Shown here: piece by piece, positions 1 through 13,730 of the stretch | How the letters are laid out: each line of letters starts with the position of its first letter | How positions within the stretch are numbered: position 1 is the stretch's first letter | The notes under the pieces: generated by a model | Database searches by the model: none | The model's input: the letters and a program-made list of their open reading frames with translations, nothing else | Told to the model about the DNA's origin: nothing | From: Azolla caroliniana | Lineage: Eukaryota > Plantae > Polypodiophyta | DNA length: 64,000 nt | Reading direction: 5' to 3' | NCBI GenBank assembly: GCA_043228905.1 | Contig: JBHGNT010000014.1 | Span: forward strand, 19,840,001 to 19,904,000 | Position numbers and translations under genes: made by a program

Positions 1-2653
1 TTGGGCTAATAAATAAGGTTGTCATTGTTTCTTTTTCAATGATTGCAAAGCATATAAAGCTTGAATATTTTCCATTCCAACCACAATTTCAACATCATTC
101 CAAATCAACCAATTGCCAACTTAGTAGTGTTCTCATCTTGGAAGGCTACACCTCGACAAGCCAAATTTTTAAATGTATGTTAGCTATGACAAGGTTATCA
201 ATTTTTACTTATACTCCATGTAAAAATATGTTTCATAAAGGTGTATTGATGAAACAAAGATGTGAATACAACTATGTAAAGTGCAGCCATGAATATTTTT
301 GGAGTGGCCAAAATTTTGACTGAGTTCTTTGAAAGGATAACATTCTTTTTGTCACACGATATAACATAATGCAAAATATTGCATTCACAACGTCAACAAC
401 TTCCTACACATTCAAACAGATAACACAAGCTTTGAATTAAACCACACGCCACACCAATTTGAAGGGAGCACTCAATAGACCACCACATTCTATGCAAGTA
501 ATCAACCCAAAGACAATAATGATTACATTGATTGATAAGCACATGCATTTTCAGATTGCATATCTGAATAAACCTAATTTGTGGCCTTTGGATCAATAAT
601 ATACCATTTTATTCATTAAGCTTGACCTAAGCTCTTGATCTCGATATTTTTGACAAGTAAAAACATCCATAGAAAGTCAAAACTCTTATGTTTTTTTCAA
701 TAAATCTTTCTTCTTCCTTGGGGTGCCATTAATCAAGAGGTGGTGAAAATTGCAGTTACATCAAATCAAGGATGAAAAAATATTAAGACATCATATCCCA
801 AAAAGACTACATCCATGATACAAATACATGGGAACCGGTGTTGGGGGAAAAACCTTATTCACATGACCTGAACGTGGAAGATATATATGTCCTTGAGGAG
901 CCTTGTAAATCATTTAAGACCAATAATTTAACACTGACAAACTCAAGTTCACACTGTTCAGCCAAATCCAACTTTTACACATCACAGTGCACCCCCCAAA
1001 TCAGCAGTCCTATGTTTACAGTGTTTGAGCTTGCAAATTTGTGCTAAAGCTACAACAATTGCCTCAAAGTTAATATTGAATCACAGCAAATGATAAACTG
1101 AACGTGCCCATTTAAACAAGGATGTCATTATCTTCATTGATAATTCCATTTCTCATAGTGCATATGTTGGGTTCTATTACTTTTCTTTCCTAGATTCCTG
1201 AGATGAATCTTCCGAGGAGTCTTGAACAGAGGGCCTGGAATTATTCTGACCACTCATCATGTACCTGTAATACACCATTGAACTTAAGCCTTAACTCTTC
1301 ATCAAAACATGAAAATTACAAACATGAATGGAATAACGATCACAAGGTACTGAGAGATGAAATGAAAATGAATGCACATAGTAAATAAACAAACATTTTA
1401 CAAGTAATGTGAATACCTAATGAAAGTGGCCATTATGGAAGTCAGCAAATAGCGGGGAGATCCCTAAACTTGATGATGAACAAGATTGATAGATAAATAT
1501 TTTCATAGGCATATTTGATATCCATGGCCAATAATTATCTAGTCATCATTAGGACAGGCACATAAAGCCTTTATGTCCTCCTGTTTTGTTAAGCCATAGC
1601 CCATCATGATTCATGCATCAGATTTAAAGAATGTAATACTACTACTAATATGTCTTGAGACATTATTATAGCAAAGATCAAAGTTGAAAAACTGCAACTT
1701 TGACCATCCGAAAATGATAATGCAAAATTAGTTGCATACTCCAGGTTGTCCACACCTTTTTGTTCTGAAAGTTTAATAGTTGTTATAAATACCTATTGTC
1801 ACCTACATTTGTTGCAAGAGTTGGATGCTTAGTACATTGCTTTTACAAGTAATGTTGGAAATCAAATAGACCAATGGGAATCCATGGAGATTTCCATGAT
1901 AGACTTGGAAATCAAATAGACAATGGAATAATAATTATATCTCCAAGTTTGTTACACTCTGGATCTGTGACCCAGTTGGACCATTGTTTCCTGTTTCTTT
2001 CATGGCCTTGTTTCATGGTTTCCCCTTGGGAGAGCACAATTATTCACAAGCCTGGTCATTCTTCTTAGCCATCCCTTCCCCCAATCATAAATAAACTGCA
2101 TAATCATAAATCCTAGAATTCTCGAAAACTCCAAAACCAAGTTCACTGCTAAAAACCTTAAACTCATGCAAAGGTCAGATCAGTTGAACCAATCAAGTAT
2201 CTTGGTGGAGCAGCATGAAAAAAGTGGGCAATATGAGATCACCCGATATATGAAATTAGAATGGATGGCCTTCATTTACTATTCACATTCCTGAAATGAC
2301 TGATTCTTGCTTTCAAAGTTTCTGAGTTCTTGAAAAAAGCCAATAAATTGCATTAACCTACTGAGAGTCATACATAGATGCAGATTCGCAGGCTGAACCA
2401 ATGGCTAGATGTGAAGATACCAAAACATGAAGAATATATCCATGTTACACAAAACAGAAAAACAAATATCATAGGTTGTGCCAGCACTTGATTCTTAATG
2501 TCACAAGGTGAAACTGACCTTAAATTAGGAAAATTTAGGGAAATATGGAAGCCAATTTCCCTTATGTAAATGGTATAAATGAAACATGAGGTGGGTACGC
2601 GTATAGCCTTTAAAAATTAGTAAAAAGATGAACATGATCAACCAGGGATAGAT

Positions 2654-3771
2654 TTACCTTTTATTTCTCGCAGGCCTCCAAATCAGTTGAGTATAGAGCA
2701 TTGTGATGAAGCAAGCAAGAATTGCACCATGATTTCTTCCCGAGTCCCGAATCTGATGAAGGGACTCTGGGAGTGAATTGGAGAACAGAAAGAAGGCCAA
2801 TCCACCCATCAAAGCAATTCCAGAAAGAAACTTCACCAACAAGAAGAGGTAGGAATCCTGACAAAAATGAAGAGGGATTGAAATGATGAACACGAAGTAG
2901 TTGAGTTTTAGGGAGATTGTTAATGCCGATATCCTCAACATCATACTCAGAAAATTAAAAGGGGTAGGTTAGAGAGGATTATTCTCCTCTCAAGGGAACC
3001 TGAGCCAAGGCATAATGAGACTGTCAGCACCTCCCTTATCATAGATCTAGCTAGACCTAAGATATCTACCTATACCATAACCATCCATCCAGATTGTGCG
3101 CTGTGGTGGCTAACATGTCTCTCTAGAGCCTTAATTCTACTTCATAATCCCAGTTATGCCAATGCTAGAAGACCTTGTGCTTACCTCCCCTTTCATATAT
3201 TGTCTGCCTTCCAAGCCATAGCCATCCCCCCAGATTATGTATCATCACATCTGCGTATATGTATGCTCATAACATAACGAATGATGTCTGTTATACGTAT
3301 GCTCATAAAATAGCATAACATACATGAGACGTGAGTGTTTAGGGTTGCAGTTAATAATCGCAACACAACATTTAGATGATGTGGGTTGTTAGGTTACACT
3401 TAATGATCATCATATAACATATAGATGATGTGGGTTCTCAGATCATGTGTATGCTCATAACATAACATAGATGATGTGTGATGATTTAGGGTTCCAGCAC
3501 TCACCGCAAGGTCACCATCGAGCCGAATGACAACATCAGGTTTGCCTGAGTAAGCGATATGAGAGAGGCCATTCCGAGGGTTGTAGAGGAGCCGATTCCC
3601 GCGGCCGTTCACGAGGGAGAAAGCATAGAGGTTGTTTAGTTTGTGGGCGACCATGATTGCCTCTAGGTCTAATCTGTTCTCATCCCATCCTCCAAGGGGG
3701 GCCTTGAACACGTGACAGGGTCCTTTCCCTCCGATGAACAACTCCACCTGCACATGCTTCGTGCCGCTCAT
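2654..3771 (-). CDS. Small plant-specific protein of unknown function: soluble N-terminal domain plus C-terminal transmembrane segments; at least 2 exons (3771-3505, 2857-2654)
   Basis: Exon 1 MSGTKHVQVELFIGGKGPCHVFKAPLGGWDENRLDL...GRGNRLLYNPRNGLSHIAYSG...IRLDGDLA ends at a GCG|GTGAGT donor. A TGTCAG| acceptor precedes 2857 and gives in-frame DSYLFLLVKFLSGIALMGGLAFFLF...ILACFITMLYT. It resembles a conserved angiosperm uncharacterised family (VEVHLxRxGxGP..F...LGGW; recalled, not searched). AAG|GTAAAT at 2657 could be a further donor instead of the stop. Confidence 0.75.
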
Positions 3772-3863
3772 GCTTCCTTTCTTCTTGCTTCCACCACTCT
3801 GATGTGAAGAAACTTGCCTTCTCTGTTTCAAGCTTTGAATCAATCGGATCCTGAAGGATCCAG

Positions 3864-3906
3864 CCTCTGTCTCTGTCTCTGTCTCTGTCTCTGTCTCTGT
3901 CTCTGA
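3864..3906. repeat. (TCTCTG)n hexanucleotide microsatellite in the 5' UTR of the upstream gene
   Basis: About 7 direct copies of TCTCTG; explains the ETETET run in ORF 3400..3963. Confidence 0.9.
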
Positions 3907-5324
3907 GAGCGTGTATAATGATGGATGGGTCCCTGTGTTGTTGAATATTTTCTCAGAATACATACATACCCCACTATATTATTAACTATAAGAAAGGGGT
4001 GTAGTTATCTTTCATGGCATAGTACTATGTACTATGAACCATACGAACCATTCTTTCATTCGAACATTCGCGTATGGTAAACACCATACTTTTGTATCCA
4101 TTTTTATTATAAGGTAAAAAAAAATTCAAGGTAAGAAAGTTAAGGTAAAAAGTGTAAAAAACAAAACATACGAATGTTTTGATAACATACTCCATTCGTT
4201 TGCATTCGTATGAAAGGGAATATTTGCCCATGCATTCGAGTATATTACGTATTATGTTTCATGGTATGAAAACATGAGAGAAACCAGTTGGGCAATTTAC
4301 AAACACAAACCTCCTATAAACAAGATGCCTCATTGGTTGTTGTTTAATGTTATAAACAAACCATCGGCTATACTTTAATCGCGCTTCTGAATGGTGCGTA
4401 CGCATGCTCTCGAGAGTAGTAGTCCTTGACCTCCTCTTGTCCGTTTTTCCCCTTGTATATAGCATGGGAGGGCTACTTGATACAAATCGATGGATGTTTT
4501 CAAAGCCCTTTTGTTTCACGCTTCAATTGGTATGAGCTTCATCTTAGGGCAAGCCCTCACGAGAAAGGGTCGCCACACATCTAGCAATATGACCTCCAAG
4601 AGCCCTCTTGAAACATGCATGCGCAGGTGCACCCAAGGATCTAGATGAATTAAGAGAAACCATGTAGGATGATCCCTTCTTGAAAAAATTACTTTTATGT
4701 GGCACATGTATCACCATCAATAGGATCAAGAGAAGATGGATTTCACCATTATATAAGGAGCCATCAATCACTATAATAAGATAGAGTAGGATGACCGTGT
4801 ACTAAGGCTAAGTGGGAAAACATTGTGGTGGGGAGGGGAGGTTACTTCCTCCTAATTTTGGCAATTGGCTACTAGCATTGTGGACCCATTGTATCTTATT
4901 GGAGTCAAAATAATTTTGGCAATGTTATGCTAAACAATGATCAGTATATCTTATCAAAGATATTTGAAGACCCACTTGATAAGTTGTACAACAAACCAAA
5001 GCCCACTAAAGTTTGATCAAATGAAATTACCCAAAAAATTTACAATGACTTTTGTATGTTTTTCTAAATTTGCCGCCTTAGTAAAAAGTTCCAATCACCA
5101 ACAGCACCAACAAAGTTCCATGACAACATAACTTGCATCATATATAAGGACAACACAAATACTACTTGACAATTGTGACTCATACCCTTGAATGAGAAAT
5201 CGGTACATAAATATAAGAAATATACATAAAGGAATTATACCAGAGCTGCAATTTAATAGGATCCCAAATACAACTTTTCACTCAGATACTTCATTTCATC
5301 ATCTGAAGTATCTGAGTGAAAATT

Positions 5325-8300
5325 CTAGCCATCTTGTTGATTCTCAGGAACATTGAATTTCTTCACTGATGGCTTATATCTGTACCAATGTGCACAAATG
5401 AGGTATATGAGAAAATTGGCAACGCTGAGACCAGCCAATAGCCAGTAAAAATAGTAGAGTTTGCTCCGATTCAAGTTGTCTGAAATCCACGTCTCATTCC
5501 CATCATGCCCAGTGGCATCATTGATAACAGTTACCAAAAAAGTGCTCAAAAAATGGCCTACAGCAATAGTGCTCAAGTACAAGGCCGTACCAAGGCTCCG
5601 CATATTGTCGGGAACTTCATTGTAGAAGAATTCAAGTTGACCAATCTGGGTGAAGATTTCAGTGCTGCCACGAAAAAAGTATTGCGGCACAAGCCAGAAA
5701 ATACTCATTGGTATTGTCACATCGGGCTGATCAAGTAAATCATAAGCTTCAGCTACATGAATTCTCTTCAATTCAACCAATCCAGCAACTAGCATCGCAA
5801 GTATAGAAAAAACTATCCCAGTTCCAATCCTTTGTAATGTGGTGATTCCACACTCATGGCCCGTTACCCTCCTCATGATTGGCACAAAAAAACGATCATA
5901 GAGTGGGAGAATGAGAAGCACATTGATCAGCTCAAAGACTGATAATGATGCTGGTGGAAAGTTAAAACTCCCCACAATATGTCCATTCAATGTTGCTCCT
6001 TCGAGCACAGAGAATGTCTCCATTTGTGTTAATGCAGTCCATACAAATGCCGTGCTTGCCCATATCGGAAGCATCCTTAGTAGTATCTTCACCTCCTCAA
6101 CTTGAGTCACAGGACATACATACCACCTACTGGCAAAAGCCTTTTCTTTACCAGATATAACCGCAGCTTTGTCCAGGCACCTGAAAAAAGATTCAGATCC
6201 TATGACTACACAAAATTGAGCTGGAAGAAACGAATTACAGAAGAGTAATGAAAAGAAACAGTATTCTCTCATGAAAATACTCCCGTCTAAGTTAGATATT
6301 ACAACTCATTCTTAAGAACAATAAGGCAAAAGAATAATATTCATTGTAATGAAAAATACTGACATTTAAGTTGGACTCTATGTAGCTTATTACAAACCAT
6401 TAGTTATTGTCCATTCTGAAAGAGTATTTTTTATAATAAAAAAGATTCCATCTAAGTTAGATTCTACATAAGATATTAGAAACCATTAACTACTACTGAA
6501 TTCTTTATGAATAGATGCATCATGTACGTAAGATTCTATGTAAGATATCACGACTCATAAGAAAATTCAGACAAATTCAAATTCTATACCTGAACTGATG
6601 AGTGTGAGGAAGCCTTTTGACTGGTGTGTGTCCAACATCTCCACTGACCTCTTCTTCATACAATAAGTCCTTGCTTACTGGAGGAGAAACCATATGTTTC
6701 CTGGAGGCTGCAACCAGCACCTGTGCAATACGTGTAAGAGGACTGCCAGAGGGTAGCTTGTATCGATAAAGAGCTGACCCAGCAAAGAAGACAACAATAG
6801 CTATCGCCATAAGGGCTGCCGGTATGCCAAACCCCCAGCCAAAGCCAACATTATCTTGAATGTAGACAAATACCGTTACAGAAACAAGTGAGCCAATAGA
6901 AATGATAAAATAGAACCAATTGAAAAAAGATGGCATATGCTTCCATTCTTTAGCATCATGCTCATCAAATTGATCTGCTCCAAAGGAGGAAACATTTGGT
7001 TTGATACCACCGTTCCCAAGAGCAATGAGGTACAAAGCAATGTAATGTACAACTAGCTGGACACCATGAGCAGCAATACAATTCGATCTTGATGAATCAC
7101 AAGCAGGTGGGCGTAATGACGGGAGTGAAGCTGAGAGTGTTAAGATGACCATTCCCTACAAATTCAGACACATTCAGTGTATCTATGCAGATCCAGCAGC
7201 TTGAAGTCAACATTTTATGAGTTGCTAAGACTTACAATCAATTGAACTATAGCAAAAGCAAAGATTGCCCAGAAACGGCCCATGTAAGAATCAGCCATAA
7301 AACCACCTAAAAATGGTGTAAGATACAGTGTTCCCACAAAATTTGAGACCATGTTTGCAGCAATTGGTTTGCTGAGGTTCAATTCGTTAACAAAGTATGT
7401 CACTAGATTACGCTGAAGCCCCAACGATGCCATTCTTTCACATATCTCTGTCCCTGGGGAAATACAAGGAGATAGTCATCGATACAATCAGATAATATTT
7501 TTAAAGTTAGAATACAATAATTTACCAAAAATAAGGGGTGCCGCTCTCCAGCCTCCTGTCTTAGCCCTCAGAGCTATTCTTCCTCTTCTGTCCACAGAAC
7601 CATCGCCTACCCATAGCTGACCATCTTCCATGTCTATTTGTGTAGTTCTACCCTGGTGGAATACAGGTACAAGATGATTTGCTCTGTATGATAGCCAGAC
7701 TATAATTATTGAAAAAGTTTTGATTTTTTGTCACTAACAATACACAAACTTAAACATCTAAATATGGTGGGTGTACGAACTTTGTCACTGGACTCCTATT
7801 TCAGATGTTAACCTTGTCTCTGATCTGGTCAAGCATGACCATATTACTATCATGCACCTTTGAAAGTCAATCAATGTTTCAAAAAATCTATCTCTCTGTG
7901 GCCGTTTGCAAATTGCCATTTTAAGATTTTCAGGAAAAAGGACAGATTCTCTATATTTAATGCAATAGAAACTGACAGAATGGACCTAACATTTGGATGA
8001 AATTTTGCCTAAGCACAATAATCAGCAGTTGAAATGAAATAAACTTGAGGGAGGCTACCCATGGATAGTGATTATCCAGAGAAATGTAATTGATGTATGT
8101 GCTATAAGAAGTACAGCCAAGAGCACAAGAAATAACTAAATGAGCTGCAGAATGTCCCATGAGTCAACAACGTTGGACCACCCAACCATCCCTGTTCAGA
8201 AAGCTCTTTAAAAATAGAGTCCTCCCTAAGTACTCGAAATCTCAATCTGAAGCATATAAAAATACAATATAAATGATCCATTTGCTTGCTTAGGAATCCT

Positions 8301-9213
8301 GGCTTAAGCATTCCTCCAAAGTTAATCATAACCCAAGGTTTTCCTATTAGAAAACATATTATTCTTTTGATTGGCATTCACATCATTGCTATTAAATCAA
8401 TATGTAGTGGGTTGTGATTTCAATATATATAGCTCTGAATCTTAGCACAACATTTTGCAATCTATTTTATTGCTGTCCATGAGAAAAACATTCTACAGCT
8501 AGTTTTTCACATAAATGATAATTAACCTTCCAGTTGTTCCAGAGAAGGATCACGTAAATCTTCATTATCTGCTTGAACAACATGATCCTAATACCCGTAC
8601 TCAAAAGCTAAATTAAGAGCTTTGTCACACTACACAGCCTCTTATATCAAATCCAACGCCCTGATTATCAAGTGTAAAACAGAGATTTTGTATGACTTGA
8701 CATTAACAGGCATGCATTTCCTTTAGAAAAGCCTGCAATGCAGAAAGGTGATTTCCATCAATGGATTTGCCTTGAGTATTTTTGCACTGAGTATTTTTCC
8801 TAAAAGAGCATTCCAATCAATTTGGCCATGTATTTTCCATTTTTGAGCAATCTATGTATTGCCTTGCACCTTACATATATCAGGCGTACGATGTTCCTCA
8901 AAGAAATTTCAACAAAGGATTGCACATATTTACACACACACTACATGTATACACTATACATATGTACATACACATGTATACACTGTACATATGTACATAC
9001 ACATACACATACATGAAAATACACATACACACATCAACATAGATGCACACATACATACAGTAGCACATATATATACACACAAAAGTCAAAGACGCGTATA
9101 TACATATACACTTGAACATACACACGTGTACACATAGACGGTCGAGACGTACACAAGTGTATATATACGTATATATATGCACATACTAGACGAGGGTGCT
9201 TCAGTTCGGCCAT
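5325..9213 (-). CDS. NPF: NRT1/PTR family (NPF) proton-coupled nitrate/peptide transporter, NPF8-like; exons approx. 9213-9187, 7652-7526, ~7453-7236, ~7155-6590, 6181-5325
   Basis: Motifs DGSVDRRG...KTGGWRAAPLIFG, ExxER (TEICERMA), GGFMADSYMGRF, GGIKPNVSSFGADQFD, SFFNWFYF, YIQDNVG.GWGFGIP, VTQVEEVK, LQRIGTG, WLVPQY, GQLEFFY and DNLNRSKLYYFYWLLA. GT-AG junctions join the pieces in frame. The 27-nt first exon (MAELKHPRL|GTATGT) is inferred; ATG 7631 is an alternative start. Confidence 0.93.
8930..9185. repeat. AC/AT-rich compound microsatellite in NPF intron 1
   Basis: Degenerate (ACAT)n/(AC)n/(AT)n tract. Confidence 0.85.
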
Positions 9214-9624
9214 TCATTATGTTGAGCTTCTTCGGTTTCGGTTTCGGTTTCGGAAACCATTGACATGTACGCTATTCCGATTCAACAATAAAAGAGAGAA
9301 AGAGCGTTTCTCAGCTATACACTCACTGGAGGGGGGAGATGATCGTCCTGATCTAGTTGCTCGTACATCCCCGAGACTCAGAATCCTTCTTCTTCTTCTG
9401 ATTCGCCTGCCCTTTTGCTTTCTGCGCCTCCGAGCTGCGGCGCCATATCCGGAATGGTTTCTAAACTCTGCAAGGTAGTAGTAGAATCGGATTCGAACTC
9501 TGCTCTTGGGTGGGTCTCTTTGCATTTTTCAGCAGAACAGCTTTTTTCTGACTATGTGCAATGAATGTAATGTAATGTGGTTGCTCTCGGAAACATAAGA
9601 CACATCTAATATCGGCTTACTGCT

Positions 9625-9803
9625 ATATGAACCGGTTTAGGAACTATTTTAGCCCTAAACGGTTCAGTTCTGCCTTGAACACCGCCAAACCAACCTCAAA
9701 CCGGTTTAGGAGGCTCAATCTTGAACCGAGCCCAACCAAACCGCCAAACCATTTTAAAATGGTTTACTGACGCGGTTCAAGCTTGAGTTGAGTCATTGCC
9801 AAC
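9625..9803. mobile_element. Partial MITE-like DNA transposon end (AACCG/CGGTT-rich), related to 11909-12293
   Basis: Dense AACCG/CGGTT motifs. The right end ...GAGTCATTGCCAACT, reverse-complemented, resembles the left terminus of the 11909 element. Confidence 0.4.
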
Positions 9804-10600
9804 TCCTTTTACTATGCATTACTTTGTTTACTCTCACGGTTCACCCATAAAGAGCCTTTCAAAACATTATCGTCGTTTATCAAACGCATGGCCTTGAAGT
9901 TGCGACATTAGAGGAATCATCGCACCATCATCACATAGGTTTTGTGTGATTCAAGCATGTTCACCTTTTGCAACAAAAGCTAATCGTCTTGGATTGCTTT
10001 TGAAGACGTTGTTCTGTCATTCGCATCAAATGGATGGATGGATGGACGACTCACGAGTGTCAAGATTTATGGATATGATTAGATGAGTGGGAGATTGCAT
10101 AGATAGAGGAGTGAATAAGGAAGGGATCATACAATAGGATGCACCAAAGGTAAAGTGAATGGATGAGTGCATGCACAAATGAGCGAATAGACTAATGAGA
10201 GGATAGATCGATGAAAGCGCAAACGAGCAAAAGTGTAAAGGACAATCGACTTCAATTGGAAAATATGAGATACTACATATATATTTGGCCAGCATATAAC
10301 AATTGTTTAGCTTACATGGGATCACCATCATTCTCCAACGTCTAATTGGTTAACTTTTCAAGGAAAACCACGTAGACACGAAGATTGTGGCTTTGGAAAA
10401 CCAAATGCTCTATTTCCACTCATATAGCGATCACAATGAAGGAAGATTGGATGGTGGTCATGATTGAGGAAGAGAAGACGAGTTTAATCGACATGGCCAA
10501 CATGTGATGTTGTGAGGCTTACACTTCCATCTTTGGAGATTGCGATGTTCATGTCAATGGATTGTATCAAAAAGTGTTTTTCTGGTCAATCACCCAACGG

Positions 10601-10892
10601 GAGAGTGGCTTGGGAATAGAGGCGGCATGAGTGGTTGCAAGGCATGTAGTGTGAGCTTGGAGGACATCGCTCATTGTTTGTGGTGCTGCCCACGAGCGCA
10701 AGAAATTTAGTTGAGGAGCTTAAGAATCTTGGCTCGGTTCGGGGTCGAGAGTGGCTTGGGAATAGAGGCGGCATGAGTGGTTGCGAGGCTTGTAGTGCGA
10801 GCTTGGAGGACATTGCTCATTGTTTGTGGTGATGCCCATGAGCACAAGAAATTTGGCTGAGGAGCTTAAGAATCTTGGCTCGGTTTGGGGTT
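10601..10892. repeat. Tandem duplication, 146-bp period, 2 copies, covering the LINE zinc-finger segment
   Basis: GAGAGTGGCTTGGGAATAGAGGCGGCATGAG... starts at 10601 and again at 10747. Confidence 0.9.
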
Positions 10893-11324
10893 GAGGTTCA
10901 TGTATCGAGCGCAACATTCACTTGGTTGGCCACTGAATCGGCTTCGTGGTTTCAAGGGTGGAATGGAAATAGTCCTTTAAAGGTGATGCAAGGATCTGTG
11001 CAACCAGCGCAAGGAGGTTCATTCGTCTTACAATAATGCTACGTGGACATATGGTTATTAGTGGTCAGCCTTACGGTCTGGCAAGTGTGGGTATCTAGGT
11101 GCAAGGAGGACTTTGCAGGTAAGCGAACCCCACCGGCTGAGAATTTAATGATGATATTGTTTAATCTTATATCTACGTTACGAGGAGAGTTTGAAAGTCT
11201 TCAAGGGCCCTCAGACGCAAGTGAAGAAACTAGAGTTCTTTTCCTTCTGAAATGGAGCAGTTCGTCGATGCTGCAAATGGTGAATGGTAAAGCGAAATGG
11301 AATTATCAACCACCACGGTGGTTG

Positions 11325-11531
11325 TTCCCCCCGAGTGTACCTAACATCTAGATGGGTGCTATCATGAGAAGTGAATGGAGGACATCTATGCTGAATTCTG
11401 TTTGTAGAGTATGCATTTGGGTAATGTTTCCCCCCGAGTGTACCTAACATCTAGATGGGTGTTGTCATGAGAAGTGAATGGAGGACATCTATGCTGAATT
11501 CTGTTTGTAGAGTATGCATTCGGGTAATGTT
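11325..11531. repeat. Tandem duplication, ~103-bp period, 2 copies, over the LINE stop codon and 3' UTR
   Basis: TTCCCCCCGAGTGTACCTAACATCTAGATGGGTG...GGGTAATGTT is repeated. Confidence 0.9.
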
Positions 11532-11908
11532 ATGCGCATCGAATGATGTGGTGTTTTGGAGTTGTTCTTTTGTTGTTTCATCCACGCATATTATTTTCTT
11601 TTGACATGCAAGATGGCTTGTAAGATATGAGTTGTAAATTATCCCTTGTACATTGCCTTAACTAATGGAAGTAGTTTTTTTTTTGGAAAAATAAAAAAAA
11701 GTGAATCATGATGGTAATATATTAATCTTTCGCAAATTTGAATAAATTGTCAAATGTCATAATTGAGCTTAAAGGGGCGTATTGACTTATCAAGCTCCAC
11801 TACACACTTGAAGGAGGTTCGTATAAGTGTCTTCGACAAATCAAGAATTCCAATATTGTTCGAGGGTTACATGGGCTAGTTCTACTAATTGATTGTTGAT
11901 TTCAAGTA

Positions 11909-12293
11909 ACAATCGGCAATGGTTCGATTTGAACCGAACCGCGACTTAACGATTTAAACGGTTAGGTTCAATTTGGGTAAAACGGTTTGATGGTTTAGGA
12001 TTGCCACTTAATTGTTATTTTTTTAAACAACCTTTCCATTTTTAAGCCTGATTCTAACATTTTCGAGGAAATCCGAAATGTCTTGAAATTTAAAATTTTG
12101 AAATAATGAGCAATTTTAAAATTTTGAATTTTGACCTAATGTGAAAACAAAAACTGAACCACAAAACCGCGGTTTTAATGGTTTCGATTTTTTCTAACGG
12201 TTTCATGGTTCGGTTCGATTTGGTTCAAGTTTCGATAATTTTAAACAGTTCGGTTTTGACCCTCTTGAGCCAAACCAAACCATTGTTGATTGT
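11909..12293. mobile_element. MITE-like non-autonomous DNA transposon with ~23-bp imperfect TIRs
   Basis: Left end ACAATCGGCAATGGTTCGATTTG versus reverse complement of right end ACAATCAACAATGGTTTGGTTTG (19/23). Many internal AACCG/CGGTT subterminal motifs. No clear TSD. Confidence 0.6.
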
Positions 12294-13574
12294 GGCATCA
12301 TCCCTTGGTCTCTATCAAGCACAAAGGCAAAGTATAGGAGCACGATTGTTGCCGCATGCAAAGGTGTGTGCATGAGCTAATCTTGAAGGACTTCAATGTC
12401 CACATAGATTGAGCAATACGACTCGCATCGTTCAACAACATCTAAGTTGCATGGATCGTAACTAGGCATCTAGATTGATCGTTAAACGACTGATAATTGC
12501 ACTAAAGCACATGTGGGCCCCATTGTTACTTGATGATATGACACAATTGAGCTTGAAGGGGCATATTAATGTAACAACCTGAACCACACTCCTTTAGGCA
12601 TGTGTGTGTTTAAAGTCCACCATTGTAATAAAAGGTATGTGAGATGCATTTGTATTAAATGAACTCGATCATTTAGATATCCAAATCACTCTTGTATCGA
12701 TATATTGGTGCAAACTCCAATGTTCTACAAATGCTTTCTAGAGTTGATTATGTTCTATTGATGGTTGATTAAAGATTTGGACTTATTTGCATCATTGTAT
12801 AATCACTTCCAGTTTCGTTAATGCCATGTCATTGTTATATCTTTTGTAGCATCTATATCTCTCGTTCGCTCTCTCTCAAATACTCCAATTGCATCTCACT
12901 ACTCCCATGAGCGTTGGCTCTCGAAGACCTCGAACACTTATTCAAACTCACTCACATAATTAGGTGTTGATGTAGTCTAATTGCCATCATCACCCCAAAT
13001 ACAAGGATATGCGATGGAAACCTATTGGAGGATGGATATAACAAGTAATTTGTAAGAAATGTGATGACTTGTTAGATGAGCATGATAATGTGTGCGTCAT
13101 ACTCACATATCCACCAATAAGGGTGAGCACATATGGCATGCATTATTTTCACATCAACAGTTTTTACTACACGTAGTATATCCGGCATAGATGACATGTT
13201 AATTTGGTCCCATAGGTCAAATATTGGCCATGCCATGGACATACATATATTTATTCTACTCATAATACAAACACATAATCTACTTATTTCCATCGTGTAT
13301 GCACTTGCTCCTCGATAAAATTATGTGTTAAGCCTTCATACCCTACAACCCACCCCTCAGTGAATGTGACAATATTATTCACGGTTCCACTTTAGGGACT
13401 GAATGTTTATTGCATAGGACACAAAAGTTTTTAATATAACAAAGTTGACTTAGAGAACAATATGATGTGGCCAACATGGTTTTCTCGTAAAAGGATTAAC
13501 GATGGAAAGATAATTCGCATAACAACATGATTAATCTACATGCTTGCCTATAAGAGATCCTTCTTTCACATACC

Positions 13575-13730
13575 ACATGATTATCTATGATGAAGTTGAG
13601 GAACATTCTACCAATGCTAGGTTCTTAATGAATGATCAACATTAGACCCATGACATGATTATCTATGTTGAAGTTGAGGGACATTCTACCAATGCTAGGT
13701 TCTTAATGAATGCTCGACATTAGACCCATG
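13575..13730. repeat. Tandem duplication, 78-bp period, 2 copies
   Basis: ACATGATTATCTATG.TGAAGTTGAGG.ACATTCTACCAATGCTAGG... at 13575 and 13653. Confidence 0.9.

Larger units (their letters stand above)
10570..11700 (+). mobile_element. 5'-truncated L1-clade LINE remnant: ORF2 zinc finger and C-terminus, 3' UTR, A-tail
   Basis: Translates to PTGEWLGNRGGMSGCKACSVSLEDIAHCLWCCPRAQEI (CCHC zf-RVT-like), then DIWLLVVSLTVWQVWVSRCKEDF...WNYQPPRWLFPP*. Ends AACTAATGGAAGTAGT(n)GGAAAAATAAAAAAAA. The 5' boundary is approximate and no TSD was found. Confidence 0.75.

Noticed and set aside
1194-1346. Exon-like plus-strand segment with AG/GT borders
   Set aside because: No recognisable protein similarity or partner exons, so it cannot be supported.
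4018-4268. Possible MITE with CATTCG/CATACG motifs
   Set aside because: Terminal inverted match is weak and no TSD was found.
8822-9182. His/Thr/Tyr-rich ORFs
   Set aside because: Translations of an intronic AC/AT microsatellite.
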